DNA of 64,000 bases, taken from assembly GCA_965649225.1 (NCBI GenBank), contig CBFGJX010000008.1, positions 1 through 64,000 of the forward strand, written 5' to 3'. Each line of letters begins with the position of its first letter. Within the stretch, counting starts at the first letter, position 1. The DNA is from a candidate division WOR-3 bacterium (GTDB taxonomy: Bacteria; Hydrothermota; Tepidihabitantia; Tepidihabitantales; Tepidihabitantaceae). This document shows positions 35,913 through 45,016 of this stretch, one piece after another. The position numbers were made by a program, and so were the translations under genes. The notes under the pieces were generated by a model that saw only the letters and a program-made list of their open reading frames with translations, made no database searches and was not told the origin of the DNA.

Positions 35913-38903
35913 ATGAAGAGAACGGTGTTGCTGTGTGTGCTGGCGGTTTGTCTGGCGTTGGCCGCCAACCCGCTGAAACCGTCAGCCCGCGGCAGTTTTC
36001 TGCCGGCGGCAGGTCCCGACGACTTCCGGGTCGCATTCTGGGGCGAGCAGAGGTTTGATCCGCGTGATGGGCTGCCGTCGCTGGATGTGCCGACCATCAG
36101 TGCCTATCCGGGCGACGGTACCGGCTGGTATCTGGTGCAGTTTTCCGGCCCGGTGTTTGGCTATCAGATTGATGCCCTGCGCCGAACCGGTGCCTATTTT
36201 CACGGGTTTCACTCGCGGTCGGTGGCGTTTGTCAAGGCCAGCGCGGCTCAGATGGAGGCGGTCAACGCATTGCCGTTTGTGCGCTGGACCGGCATCTACC
36301 AGCCGGGGTTGAAGTTCTGGCCGGGCACACTTGCCGATGAGGGCTATGGCCGGGTGGCGGTGATTCTGTTCTACCCCGAGGACATTGTTGCCGCCGAGGC
36401 GGCGATTCGCGCCCTCGGTGTTACCGTCGTCGCGACCGGTGTGTCCGAAGCGTGCAAGGCGATCGACGTCGAGTGCAGCCGCGCCGATGTCGCCCGACTG
36501 GCCGCACTGCCGTTTGTCCAGTCGCTGGAAGAGTGGCATCCGGCCGAGGCCGAGAATGAACAGTGTCAGTGGGTCGCCCAGACCTGGGCCCAGAATCAGC
36601 GCCGGGTGTGGGAGCAGGGACTCTACGGCGAGGGTGAAATCCTCGGCTATTCCGACGGCCAGCTGGACCATGCCCACTATGCGATGTACGACCCGACAGT
36701 GACGATTGCTGACACCGGCGAGTTTCCGACCCACCGCAAGATTGTCGCACTGAAGAAATATCCGCCGGCCCGGCTGGGTTCGAGTGATTCGCACGGCAGT
36801 CACGTTGGCGGGACAATCGCCGGCGACGATTCCATCAACGGCGGCACCAATCTCAACGACGGCCATGCCAAGCGGGCCCGGCTGGTCCAGCTTTCGCCGA
36901 TTCCACAGCCGACCGGCAATGACTTCACCGAGCCGCTGAACATCATCTCCAACTATCTGCGTAATCCGGAGCTGCGGCCGCATACGATGTCGCACTCGTG
37001 GTGGACGCTGACGATGGGACAGTACACCAATGCCGCAGCGACTTTCGACCAGTTCTCCTGGCGGAACAAGGACATCCAGCAGATCAAGTCCTGCGGTAAT
37101 CAGGGCCAGTCGAGCCAGTACCGAATCACCGAACCGGGCAATGCCAAGTCAATCATTTCGGCGGCCTCGCTGCAGAACGGTACCAGCTCGACCGTGCTGT
37201 CGAGCTATTCATCGCGCGGGCCGGCCCCGGACGGCCGGATCAAACCGGACATCAGTGTGCCGGGCGAAAACATCATGTCGGTGCAGTACCGGACGACCAA
37301 TTCCTACACTGCGATGAGCGGCACCTCGATGGCGGCACCGGCCATCAACGGCAACATCGGGCTGCTGCGCAACTATCTGCGCAAGGGTTACTATCCGTCC
37401 GGTGCCGCCAACCCGGCGGACACGTTCGGCTATGTCTCGGCGGCGCTTTTGAAGGCGATGGTGCTGGTTTCGGCCGACCCGAACATTGGTTCCTATGTGA
37501 TACCTTCGGAGTACGTCGGCTGGGGCCGGATTGACCTCGACTCGGTGCTTTATTTCTCGACCCCGACCCCGGACTACCGCAAACTGCTGCTCGATGACGA
37601 TACGCTCGGGCTGGCAACCGGCGAGTATGTCGAATACCAGTTGCAGGTGACCGATTCAATCCCGCTGCGCATTGCCGTGGTCTGGACCGACACGGCGGCG
37701 GCTGCCGGCGCGAATCCGGCGCTGATCAACGACCTGAACTGTCTGCTGACCGGACCGGACGCAAGCTTCTACAAGGGTAATCTCTACAGCGGCGGACAGT
37801 CGGTGCGTAATCCGGCCGGTGCGTACGATGCGCTGAATCCGAACGAGCTGTTTCGCGTCAACCGGCCGATGCCCGGTACCTGGACGCTGCGGGTGGCGGC
37901 GCAGAATGTCGTTACCACGCGTCAGCCTTTTGCAGTGGTGGCAACCGGTGCGTTCTCGACCACCCGGCATGATGTCGGGGTCAGTCGGATTATTGCGCCG
38001 GTGGGCCGGATTGACACCGGCACGGTGGTCACGCCGGCCTGCTCGGTGTACAATTACGGCACCGAGACCGAGAGCTATTCGGTGCGACTGCGCATCGCCG
38101 CTGACTACGATACGGCGGTGGCGGTTACCGCCCATCCGGCGGGCAGCGCACTGCGGGTAGAGTTTCCGCAGTGGACCGCAACCGCTCTGGGCAGCTTCGC
38201 GGTGAAGTGCTCGACAATGCTCGATGTTGACTTCAACCCGGCCAACGATTTTATTGCCGATTCGTTCACGGTACGCCGGCCGGTTCACGATGTCGGCGTG
38301 ATTGCCGTGCTGGCACCGGGCGACACGGTCGAGGCCGGCACGGTGATTGTGCCGCGGGCACTGGTGCGCAATTTCGGCTCCTATCCGGAAAGCTTCCGGG
38401 TGCAGCTGACTATCGGGCGCTGGGGCTCTTTCGACAGTCTCAGCCTCGAGCCGGGTGCAGTCGATACGGCGGTGTTCGAGGAGTGGATTGCCGGGCCGAT
38501 TGGCAGTCTGGCACTGGCCGGCTACACGATGCTTGCCGGCGATGCCGACCCGGCCAACGATACGGTGCGGGGTACGGTTGTTGTTATCCCCGGTACCGGC
38601 GTCGAAGAGCTGCGGGGCGTGCCGCGCGAGTTCACTCTCGACCGGGCGGCTCCGACGCCGTTCGCCGGCCGGACGTCGGTGCGCTACGGTCTGCCGTATC
38701 CGACACCAGTGACCGTGGCGGTGTATAACACTGCCGGCCGGCAGGTGCGGCGACTGTTTTCGGGCAGCGCCGAAGCCGGATATCACCGTGCCGAATGGGA
38801 CGGCCGGGACGATTCCGGTCAGCCGGTCGGGCCGGGGATTTACCTCTGCCGGATAGCGGCCGGCGGATTCCGGGCAATGACCAAGCTGGTCAAGCTTGAC
38901 TAG
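35913..38903 (+). CDS. Secreted S8 subtilase (KP-43-like) with two CARDB-like modules and FlgD-like tail
   Basis: Signal peptide; GYSDG (Asp), HGSHVGGTIAG (His), SSRGP...KPD, SGTSMAAP (Ser), GWGR; tail VYNTAGR...WDGRDDSG...GIY...KLVK. Confidence 0.92.
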   Translation: MKRTVLLCVLAVCLALAANPLKPSARGSFLPAAGPDDFRVAFWGEQRFDPRDGLPSLDVPTISAYPGDGTGWYLVQFSGPVFGYQIDALRRTGAYFHGFHSRSVAFVKASAAQMEAVNALPFVRWTGIYQPGLKFWPGTLADEGYGRVAVILFYPEDIVAAEAAIRALGVTVVATGVSEACKAIDVECSRADVARLAALPFVQSLEEWHPAEAENEQCQWVAQTWAQNQRRVWEQGLYGEGEILGYSDGQLDHAHYAMYDPTVTIADTGEFPTHRKIVALKKYPPARLGSSDSHGSHVGGTIAGDDSINGGTNLNDGHAKRARLVQLSPIPQPTGNDFTEPLNIISNYLRNPELRPHTMSHSWWTLTMGQYTNAAATFDQFSWRNKDIQQIKSCGNQGQSSQYRITEPGNAKSIISAASLQNGTSSTVLSSYSSRGPAPDGRIKPDISVPGENIMSVQYRTTNSYTAMSGTSMAAPAINGNIGLLRNYLRKGYYPSGAANPADTFGYVSAALLKAMVLVSADPNIGSYVIPSEYVGWGRIDLDSVLYFSTPTPDYRKLLLDDDTLGLATGEYVEYQLQVTDSIPLRIAVVWTDTAAAAGANPALINDLNCLLTGPDASFYKGNLYSGGQSVRNPAGAYDALNPNELFRVNRPMPGTWTLRVAAQNVVTTRQPFAVVATGAFSTTRHDVGVSRIIAPVGRIDTGTVVTPACSVYNYGTETESYSVRLRIAADYDTAVAVTAHPAGSALRVEFPQWTATALGSFAVKCSTMLDVDFNPANDFIADSFTVRRPVHDVGVIAVLAPGDTVEAGTVIVPRALVRNFGSYPESFRVQLTIGRWGSFDSLSLEPGAVDTAVFEEWIAGPIGSLALAGYTMLAGDADPANDTVRGTVVVIPGTGVEELRGVPREFTLDRAAPTPFAGRTSVRYGLPYPTPVTVAVYNTAGRQVRRLFSGSAEAGYHRAEWDGRDDSGQPVGPGIYLCRIAAGGFRAMTKLVKLD

Positions 38904-38921
38904 CTTGACTGACCGAGCCGC

Positions 38922-38954
38922 GCGCGGGCGGGGGTGACCCCGCCCGCGCCCTTT
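38922..38954 (+). terminator. Probable intrinsic terminator after the subtilase
   Basis: 12-bp perfect stem GCGCGGGCGGGG-GTGA-CCCCGCCCGCGC with a short T tail. Confidence 0.6.
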
Positions 38955-38980
38955 GACAACCGCCACTGCCTCTCTAAGCT
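38953..38980 (+). promoter_or_regulatory. Leaderless-type promoter for ABC-F (TTGACA-16-TAAGCT-6-ATG)
   Basis: TTGACA ACCGCCACTGCCTCTC TAAGCT GGGCCG ATG. Confidence 0.65.
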
Positions 38981-38986
38981 GGGCCG

Positions 38987-40684
38987 ATGCTGGTGCGCGC
39001 GGAACGAATCAGCAAATCGTTGAACGGCCGGACGGTGCTGACCGGGGTTTCGTTTGTCGTCAACCGCGGCGACAAGATTGGCATTGTCGGCGCGAACGAT
39101 GTCGGCAAGACAACACTGCTGCGGCTGATTGGCCGTGAACTGGAACCGGACGAGGGGGAAATCGTCGTTGCCGGGCGGCCGGAAGTTGGCTGGTTTCGGT
39201 CCGAGCTGCCGACGACAGTGGAAGCTACGCTTTATTCGGCCGTGCTGGGGGAGCTGGAGCAGATTCAGCGCCGGATTGATTCGGTCCGGCGGGAACTGGC
39301 CGAAGACCCGGCCGATGAGGCGGCACAGGCCAAGCTGGAAGCGTTCGAGGAGGAACTGAATCTGCGATTCGGTCCGGACTACCGTCGCCGGGCCGAGAAG
39401 GTTCTCGCCGGGCTGGGTTTCGGTCCGGAACGTTACCAGGATGCGGTGTCGGCGATGGCAGCGGGCGAGCGGGCGCGACTGGCGCTGGCACGGGTGCTGA
39501 TCAGCCGGGCAGAACTGCTGCTGCTGGATGAGCCGACAGGCTGTCTCGACATCGGTCAGCGTCAGTGGCTGGAGCGGTATCTGGAAGACTACCAGGGCAC
39601 GGTGCTGACTGTTGCCCGGGACCGGGCTTTTCTGAACGAAGTCGCCAACCGGATTTTCGAGCTGCGCGACGGCCGGCTGACGGTGTACGATGGTGGCTAC
39701 TACGATTACCTGTTCCAGCAGGAGCAGGAGCGGCGGCGGCAGGAACGGGAGCAGGCGGAACATGACCGGGAAATCGCCCGGCTTGACCGGATTGCCCGGC
39801 GCCAGGATGCGCTGGTCAGTGGCCGGCAAAAGACCGGGGCCGGCGGCAAGAAGGCCAGAGCTGCTGCTGCCGGTCGGCCGGCCCGAAACGGCGGCAGGAC
39901 CCCAGCGCGGGCTGAGACAGTCAGCACCAGCCATCAGGGTGAGTTCCGCGTGAGCGACAATCAGCCTGTGTCGGCCATTTTCCGGACAGTGGAGCCGGGC
40001 CGCCGGGCCGTGCTGGTCAAGGGACTGAGCAAGAGCTTCGGCGGGCGCTGCATCGTCCGCGATGCCGGATTTGAGATTCGCACCGGTGAACGTGTGGCAC
40101 TGGTCGGGCCGAACGGCTGTGGCAAAACCGTGCTGCTGCGGATGCTGGTTGGCGAGCTGAAGCCGGACCGGGGAACGGTAACGACCGACGCGGCCACCCG
40201 GATTGGCTACTTTCCGCAGGACCTCGGCACGCTTGACCCCGAAAGTACCGCGTTGGAAAAAGTGATGAAATCCGGAGTGGAGCCGGATATTGCCCGGGTG
40301 GTGCTCGACCGGCTGCTGTTTGCCCGGGATTTGGCTGAGCGCCGGCTGAGCGAGCTTTCAGTCGGGGAACGGGCGAAAGTGCTTCTGGCGCGGGTGCTGA
40401 CCGGCGGCGCCGACCTGCTGGTACTGGACGAGCCAGCGGCTCATCTTGACCTTGAAGCGATAGTCGCTCTGGAAACGCTGCTGCTGGGTTGTTCGGGCGC
40501 GATTGTGTTTGCCACGCATGACCGGGCGATGCTGGACCGGCTTGCCGGTCGTGTGTTTGAACTGCGTGATGGTCGACTGGTTGATTTTCCGGGCAGCTGG
40601 CAGGCATTTCTCGCCCAGCGGTCGGAGAGCATCCGGCCGGCCGGTCAGGAAAAAGACGACAGCGGCTGCCGGCCCCGGTCCTGA
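38987..40684 (+). CDS. ABC-F family ATPase with degenerate motifs
   Basis: Two NBDs (GANDVGKT/LLLDEPT; GPNGCGKT/LVLDEPA), arm and charged linker, no TM domain. Confidence 0.9.
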   Translation: MLVRAERISKSLNGRTVLTGVSFVVNRGDKIGIVGANDVGKTTLLRLIGRELEPDEGEIVVAGRPEVGWFRSELPTTVEATLYSAVLGELEQIQRRIDSVRRELAEDPADEAAQAKLEAFEEELNLRFGPDYRRRAEKVLAGLGFGPERYQDAVSAMAAGERARLALARVLISRAELLLLDEPTGCLDIGQRQWLERYLEDYQGTVLTVARDRAFLNEVANRIFELRDGRLTVYDGGYYDYLFQQEQERRRQEREQAEHDREIARLDRIARRQDALVSGRQKTGAGGKKARAAAAGRPARNGGRTPARAETVSTSHQGEFRVSDNQPVSAIFRTVEPGRRAVLVKGLSKSFGGRCIVRDAGFEIRTGERVALVGPNGCGKTVLLRMLVGELKPDRGTVTTDAATRIGYFPQDLGTLDPESTALEKVMKSGVEPDIARVVLDRLLFARDLAERRLSELSVGERAKVLLARVLTGGADLLVLDEPAAHLDLEAIVALETLLLGCSGAIVFATHDRAMLDRLAGRVFELRDGRLVDFPGSWQAFLAQRSESIRPAGQEKDDSGCRPRS

Positions 40685-41012
40685 ACCGAGCCCGGCCGGG
40701 TTGCAGTTGAAGCTAAATCCGGCATTTGGGGAGTAATGTCTTAACGCATTGACCACGCGTCAGTTGTCAAACGGCAATCCAACATCCCCCTCTCGTTCCC
40801 CCGGCGGTGATGACGCAAGCTTGTGCCGGTGCCGCTGAACCGGTTTCAGTCAGACCTGTCAGCAAGCCGGACCGTGCGGCAGCCACTGGTTGCCGGATTG
40901 AGGTCGCCGGTGGGGCGGGACAAAAGCGATGATTGGTATCCGCGGCAGGCGAGTGTCCGAAACGGCGGTTGAGAGTCGGGCCGGACCGGTAATGGTGTAT
41001 CAGGTCCGGCTG

Positions 41013-44000
41013 ATGCGTCTCGTGCGGCTCCTGCCACTGGCTGCGGCTGTCGCGCTCGGCGGCTGGTTGAACGAGGAACGCATCACCGCGCGCACCAACG
41101 CCGCCGACCGCACCTCGCCTAACAACGCCCGCTGCCTCGCGGTCGATTCGGCCGGCAACGTCCACGCGGTGTGGTATGGCGAGGTCGGCGGAACACGCCA
41201 GATATGGTACTCACGGCGCGAGGCGGCGACAGGCGAATGGAGCGCAGACACCGCGGTCACTGCCGGCGTGAGGGATGCCGTCTTCCCTTCGGTCTCGGCC
41301 GACCCGGCCGGGAACGTTCACGTCATCTGGCAGGCGAATACGACCATCCCGGCCATCTGCTACAGGATGCGTGCGGTTGCAAGCGGGTGGGGCGCGGTCG
41401 AGACGGTCTGGCGCGGGTCGGGCGCGGCCAGCCCGAGCATCGCCAGTCCGGGCATGAGCGTGGCGCAGGCCGTTTGGATCGCCACTTTCCCGGCGCAGCA
41501 CCAGAATGTCCTGTTCGCAGTCCGGGACAGCGCGGGCTGGCGGTCGCCGAGCGTGTTGAGCGAGGACAACGGGAGCGCGCACAGCAACCCGTGCATCGCC
41601 GCGGCATCGGATACTCACGCAGCAGTCGTGTGGAATCGCGCGCCCACTCCACGCCTGGTGTGTGCCCGGTTGCTCGTGGACCATCAGCCTCAGACGCTGG
41701 AAACTCTCAGTGTCGGCGGGGGGCTGGCAAGCATCAGTGCCGGGCGCGGCGGCGTCTACAGGGCGGTCTGGAGCAAGTCCGGCGGGACAGCAGACTCTCT
41801 GCGCATCCGGACATGGGCCGGGGGCGGCTGGCAGGCTGTTGCGCGCGTCGAGTGCGCCGGCCGGCAGGCCGGGCCGGCGTCCGTTGCCGACGACGCCGCA
41901 GGCCGGCCGAACCTGTCGTGGTGCGCGCCCGGGCTGACATCGGTCGCCCAGGTCCATCACGCCGTTGCCGACTCCGCAGGTACGCAGTGGCATGACGCGC
42001 AGAGACTCACCGAGGCGTCAATCGGCCGGGAGAACCCGTCGATCGCGTGCGGGCCGGACGGCAGCATTCAGGTCATCTGGACCGACCAGCGGCACAGCAG
42101 CAGCAACACCGATGTCTACTTCCGCCGGTGGGAGTTCGTGCGGGATGTGGCAGTGTTGGGATTTGAGGCGCTGGAGGACACCGTGGACTCGGGCGACGTT
42201 GTCGTGCCGAGGGTGAGCGTGGTGAACCTGGGCGATACGGTCGAACGGAACGTCCTGCTGTGGTTTCACGGGCCGGGCGTGAGCGCGGACACGGTGCTGG
42301 ATACGATTGCCCGTGGTGACACGGTCGTTGTCCGGTTCGATTCGCTGGCCGGCCGCGTGCGCGGGTGGAACGTTGTTGTCTGTTCGACCCGCATCGAGGG
42401 GGACCGCCGGCGCGGCAACGATGCGGCGCGCGACAGCTTCTTCGTCGCGGTGCGGGATGCGGCGGTGGATTCGATTGTCGCACCGCGCGGGCAGGTGGTC
42501 GAGGATTCGGTCGCGCCGGAGGTGCTGCTCGCCAACCGCGGCAATCTGGCGGCGCGCTGCACCTGCATCGTGAGCATCGCGCGCGATTCCGCAGTTGTCT
42601 ACGAGGCGGATACGGTGCTGGGTATCGCGCCGGGGTCGAGTGCGCGGATTGTGCTGCCGTACTGGCGAACCGCGCCGGGCGAATACGCGCTGCGCGCATC
42701 GGTACGGCTGGCCGGCGATATGGTGCGGGCCAATGACACGCTCTCGGCGCGGTTTTCGGTGCCGCGGCGCGATGTCGGAGTTGCCGGAATCATCGCGCCG
42801 GTCGGACAATTTGACTCGGGCGCGGCGGTCGAGCCGCAGGTCGTGGTGTTCAACGCCGGTGCGGCAGAAGAGTCTTTCGCCGCGCGACTGTGGATCGGGC
42901 AGGGCTGGCTCGACTCGGCGCGGGTCGAACGGCTTGGACCGGGCGAGAGCCTCGCGGTGCGATTTCGCGAGTGGCGGGCACTCGAACGCGGCGAGAGCGA
43001 GGTGCGCTGCTCGCTCGCGGTGCGGCCCGACCACGAGCCGGGCAACGACACCGCGGCCGGGGCGGTGTTCGTGCGGGTGATTGACGCGGCCGCGCGGTCA
43101 ATCGAGCTGCCGCCCGAGGAGGTCGGGTTCGGGACGCTGTCGCCGCTGGTGAGGGTGCAGAACTCCAGCACGCAGGCAGAGTCGGTGCAGTGCCGGTTCG
43201 AGATCCGGGCCGGGGATTCGCTGGTCTGGGCCGATTCGGTCGCGGCCGGGCTGCCGGCCGGGGTTGACAGTACGGTTGAGTTCGGCGCGTGGGAGACGCG
43301 CGGCGGCTGGTATCGCGCGGTCCTGCGGGTGAGCGCGGGTGGAGACATGCGGCCGGAGAATGATTCAGTCACGGTAGTGTTTCGCGTGCACCCGATTGAT
43401 GCCGCGGCGCGCGCGATTGTTGCCCCGCGCGGGGTGATTCGCGCGGGCCTGGTCGCGCCGGCAGTGCGCATTGCCAATCTCGGGGACGAGACCGAGGACA
43501 TCCGGCTTCGGCTCGGCATCGGTGCGGGCGGCGGCACGGGCTACGACGAGTCGACGCTGGTGACGGTCGAGCCGGGCCGGGAGACGACCGCAATGCTGCC
43601 GGCGTGGCGCGCGACGTGCGGCGAGTATTCGGTTTTCGCGCGCGTGGCCCTGCGCGGTGACATCAACCCGGGCAATGACCAGTTGGCGGGAAACGTCGTC
43701 GTGGAGTCGACCGTGGTGTTGCGCTGGACCCGGCTGGCCGACATTCCGGCCGGGCCGCGCGGATTGCCGGTGCTGGACGGCGGCGCGCTGGCCGGGGCCG
43801 GCGGCAGGGTCTATGCACTCAAGGGCGGGTCGAGCGAGCTGTGGGCTTACTCACCACCAGAGAGCGTGTGGACCGCGCAGGCCGCGCTGGGCGAGAGCTG
43901 CCGGACCGGTGGCGGTGCCGCGCTGGCCTGGGACGGCGAGCGCTGGCTGTACGCGATTCGCAGCCGGCAGAGCGGTGAGCTGTGGCGGCTTGACCTTGCG

Positions 44001-44828
44001 GCCGATTCGTGGCAGGCGTGCCCGTCCCTGCCGCCCCATGTGCGGCGGTTCGGACACGGTGCGACGCTCGCATGCTGGCGTGGCGATACGCTCAAGCTTT
44101 TTGCGCTGCCGGGCGCGGGTTCGCTGGAGTTTTTCTGTTACCTGCCGGGACTGCGGCGCTGGCACGCGCGCCGGCCGCTGCCGGCCGGGCCGACCGGACG
44201 CCGTCCGCGCCGCGGCAGTTGTCTTGTCAGTGCCGGCAACCGGCTGTTCTGTCTGAAGGGTGGCACCGGCGAATTCTACGAGTATTTTCCCCGCCGCGAT
44301 TCCTGGGTTGAACGTTCCGGAATGCCGCGCATCAGCCGTGCCGGTCGGACCCGAAGCGGCGGTGACGGTGCCGCGGCGGGATGGGATGGCGGTGACCTGA
44401 TTTACTTTACCAAGGGCCGCGGTCTGGAGTTCTGGCGTTATCGCATCAGTGCCGATACCTGGGAACAGCTTGAGGACGTGCCGCGGTCGGTGCCGCGCCG
44501 GGCCTGCCGCAAGGGTACCGGTCTGACCGTGCTGGGTGGCAACGTGTATCTGTTGCGCGGCAACGCAACGCGCGAGTTCTGGTGCTATGACCCGGACGCA
44601 AACAACCTCGGCACTCTGGCGGTCTTGCCGCCAGCCGGGCATGAGCCGTCGCGGGTCGGGCTGCGGCGCGGGCCGCTGGCGCACAACGGGAGCGATGCTG
44701 CCGGCTGGCGCTGGTACGACGCAGCCGGCAGACGGGTTTTGCCGGGCCGGCGGGCCGGGGTGGTGTTTGCGGTTGGGCCGGGTGGAGCAGTGAAGCTGGT
44801 TCTGGTGCGGCCACCGGCCGGGAGATAA
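41013..44828 (+). CDS. Large secreted protein: propeller-like N-domain, five CARDB-like repeats, Kelch-like propeller, minimal sorting tail
   Basis: Signal peptide MRLVRLLPLAAAVALG; repeated PS[IV]A.D..G..H..W units; five D[VA][AG][VA]...ND repeats; Kelch-like YALKGG...W units; tail WYDAAGRRV...AGVVF...KLVLV. Confidence 0.8.
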   Translation: MRLVRLLPLAAAVALGGWLNEERITARTNAADRTSPNNARCLAVDSAGNVHAVWYGEVGGTRQIWYSRREAATGEWSADTAVTAGVRDAVFPSVSADPAGNVHVIWQANTTIPAICYRMRAVASGWGAVETVWRGSGAASPSIASPGMSVAQAVWIATFPAQHQNVLFAVRDSAGWRSPSVLSEDNGSAHSNPCIAAASDTHAAVVWNRAPTPRLVCARLLVDHQPQTLETLSVGGGLASISAGRGGVYRAVWSKSGGTADSLRIRTWAGGGWQAVARVECAGRQAGPASVADDAAGRPNLSWCAPGLTSVAQVHHAVADSAGTQWHDAQRLTEASIGRENPSIACGPDGSIQVIWTDQRHSSSNTDVYFRRWEFVRDVAVLGFEALEDTVDSGDVVVPRVSVVNLGDTVERNVLLWFHGPGVSADTVLDTIARGDTVVVRFDSLAGRVRGWNVVVCSTRIEGDRRRGNDAARDSFFVAVRDAAVDSIVAPRGQVVEDSVAPEVLLANRGNLAARCTCIVSIARDSAVVYEADTVLGIAPGSSARIVLPYWRTAPGEYALRASVRLAGDMVRANDTLSARFSVPRRDVGVAGIIAPVGQFDSGAAVEPQVVVFNAGAAEESFAARLWIGQGWLDSARVERLGPGESLAVRFREWRALERGESEVRCSLAVRPDHEPGNDTAAGAVFVRVIDAAARSIELPPEEVGFGTLSPLVRVQNSSTQAESVQCRFEIRAGDSLVWADSVAAGLPAGVDSTVEFGAWETRGGWYRAVLRVSAGGDMRPENDSVTVVFRVHPIDAAARAIVAPRGVIRAGLVAPAVRIANLGDETEDIRLRLGIGAGGGTGYDESTLVTVEPGRETTAMLPAWRATCGEYSVFARVALRGDINPGNDQLAGNVVVESTVVLRWTRLADIPAGPRGLPVLDGGALAGAGGRVYALKGGSSELWAYSPPESVWTAQAALGESCRTGGGAALAWDGERWLYAIRSRQSGELWRLDLAADSWQACPSLPPHVRRFGHGATLACWRGDTLKLFALPGAGSLEFFCYLPGLRRWHARRPLPAGPTGRRPRRGSCLVSAGNRLFCLKGGTGEFYEYFPRRDSWVERSGMPRISRAGRTRSGGDGAAAGWDGGDLIYFTKGRGLEFWRYRISADTWEQLEDVPRSVPRRACRKGTGLTVLGGNVYLLRGNATREFWCYDPDANNLGTLAVLPPAGHEPSRVGLRRGPLAHNGSDAAGWRWYDAAGRRVLPGRRAGVVFAVGPGGAVKLVLVRPPAGR

Positions 44829-44830
44829 AG

Positions 44831-44864
44831 CAGGCAGGGGATGGAGGAATGCATCCCCTGCCTG
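44831..44864. terminator. 13-bp perfect hairpin between convergent genes
   Basis: CAGGCAGGGGATG-8nt-CATCCCCTGCCTG, 2 nt after the stop codon; no U tract. Confidence 0.5.
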
Positions 44865-44965
44865 AGGCAACGCGGAGTCTTGCCCCCCTGTGCGTGCTGA
44901 GCGACTTGCGGATTGAGTCTGCCCGGCGGCGTTTTGCTGGTAGAAACTGCCAGTTAAGATACCGC

Positions 44966-44999
44966 AAAGACCGGCGGGGTGTGGTCAGCACCCCGCCGG
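44966..44999 (-). terminator. Probable intrinsic terminator for the M14 gene
   Basis: 11-bp stem CCGGCGGGGTG/CACCCCGCCGG followed by TCTTT on the minus strand. Confidence 0.6.
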
Positions 45000-45016
45000 A
45001 TGTGGTAAAGCTCTGA

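Noticed and set aside
42140..43700. Possible CRISPR or DNA-level repeat array
   Set aside because: The repeats are visible only at protein level and are highly diverged; no identical direct repeats with spacers and no cas genes.
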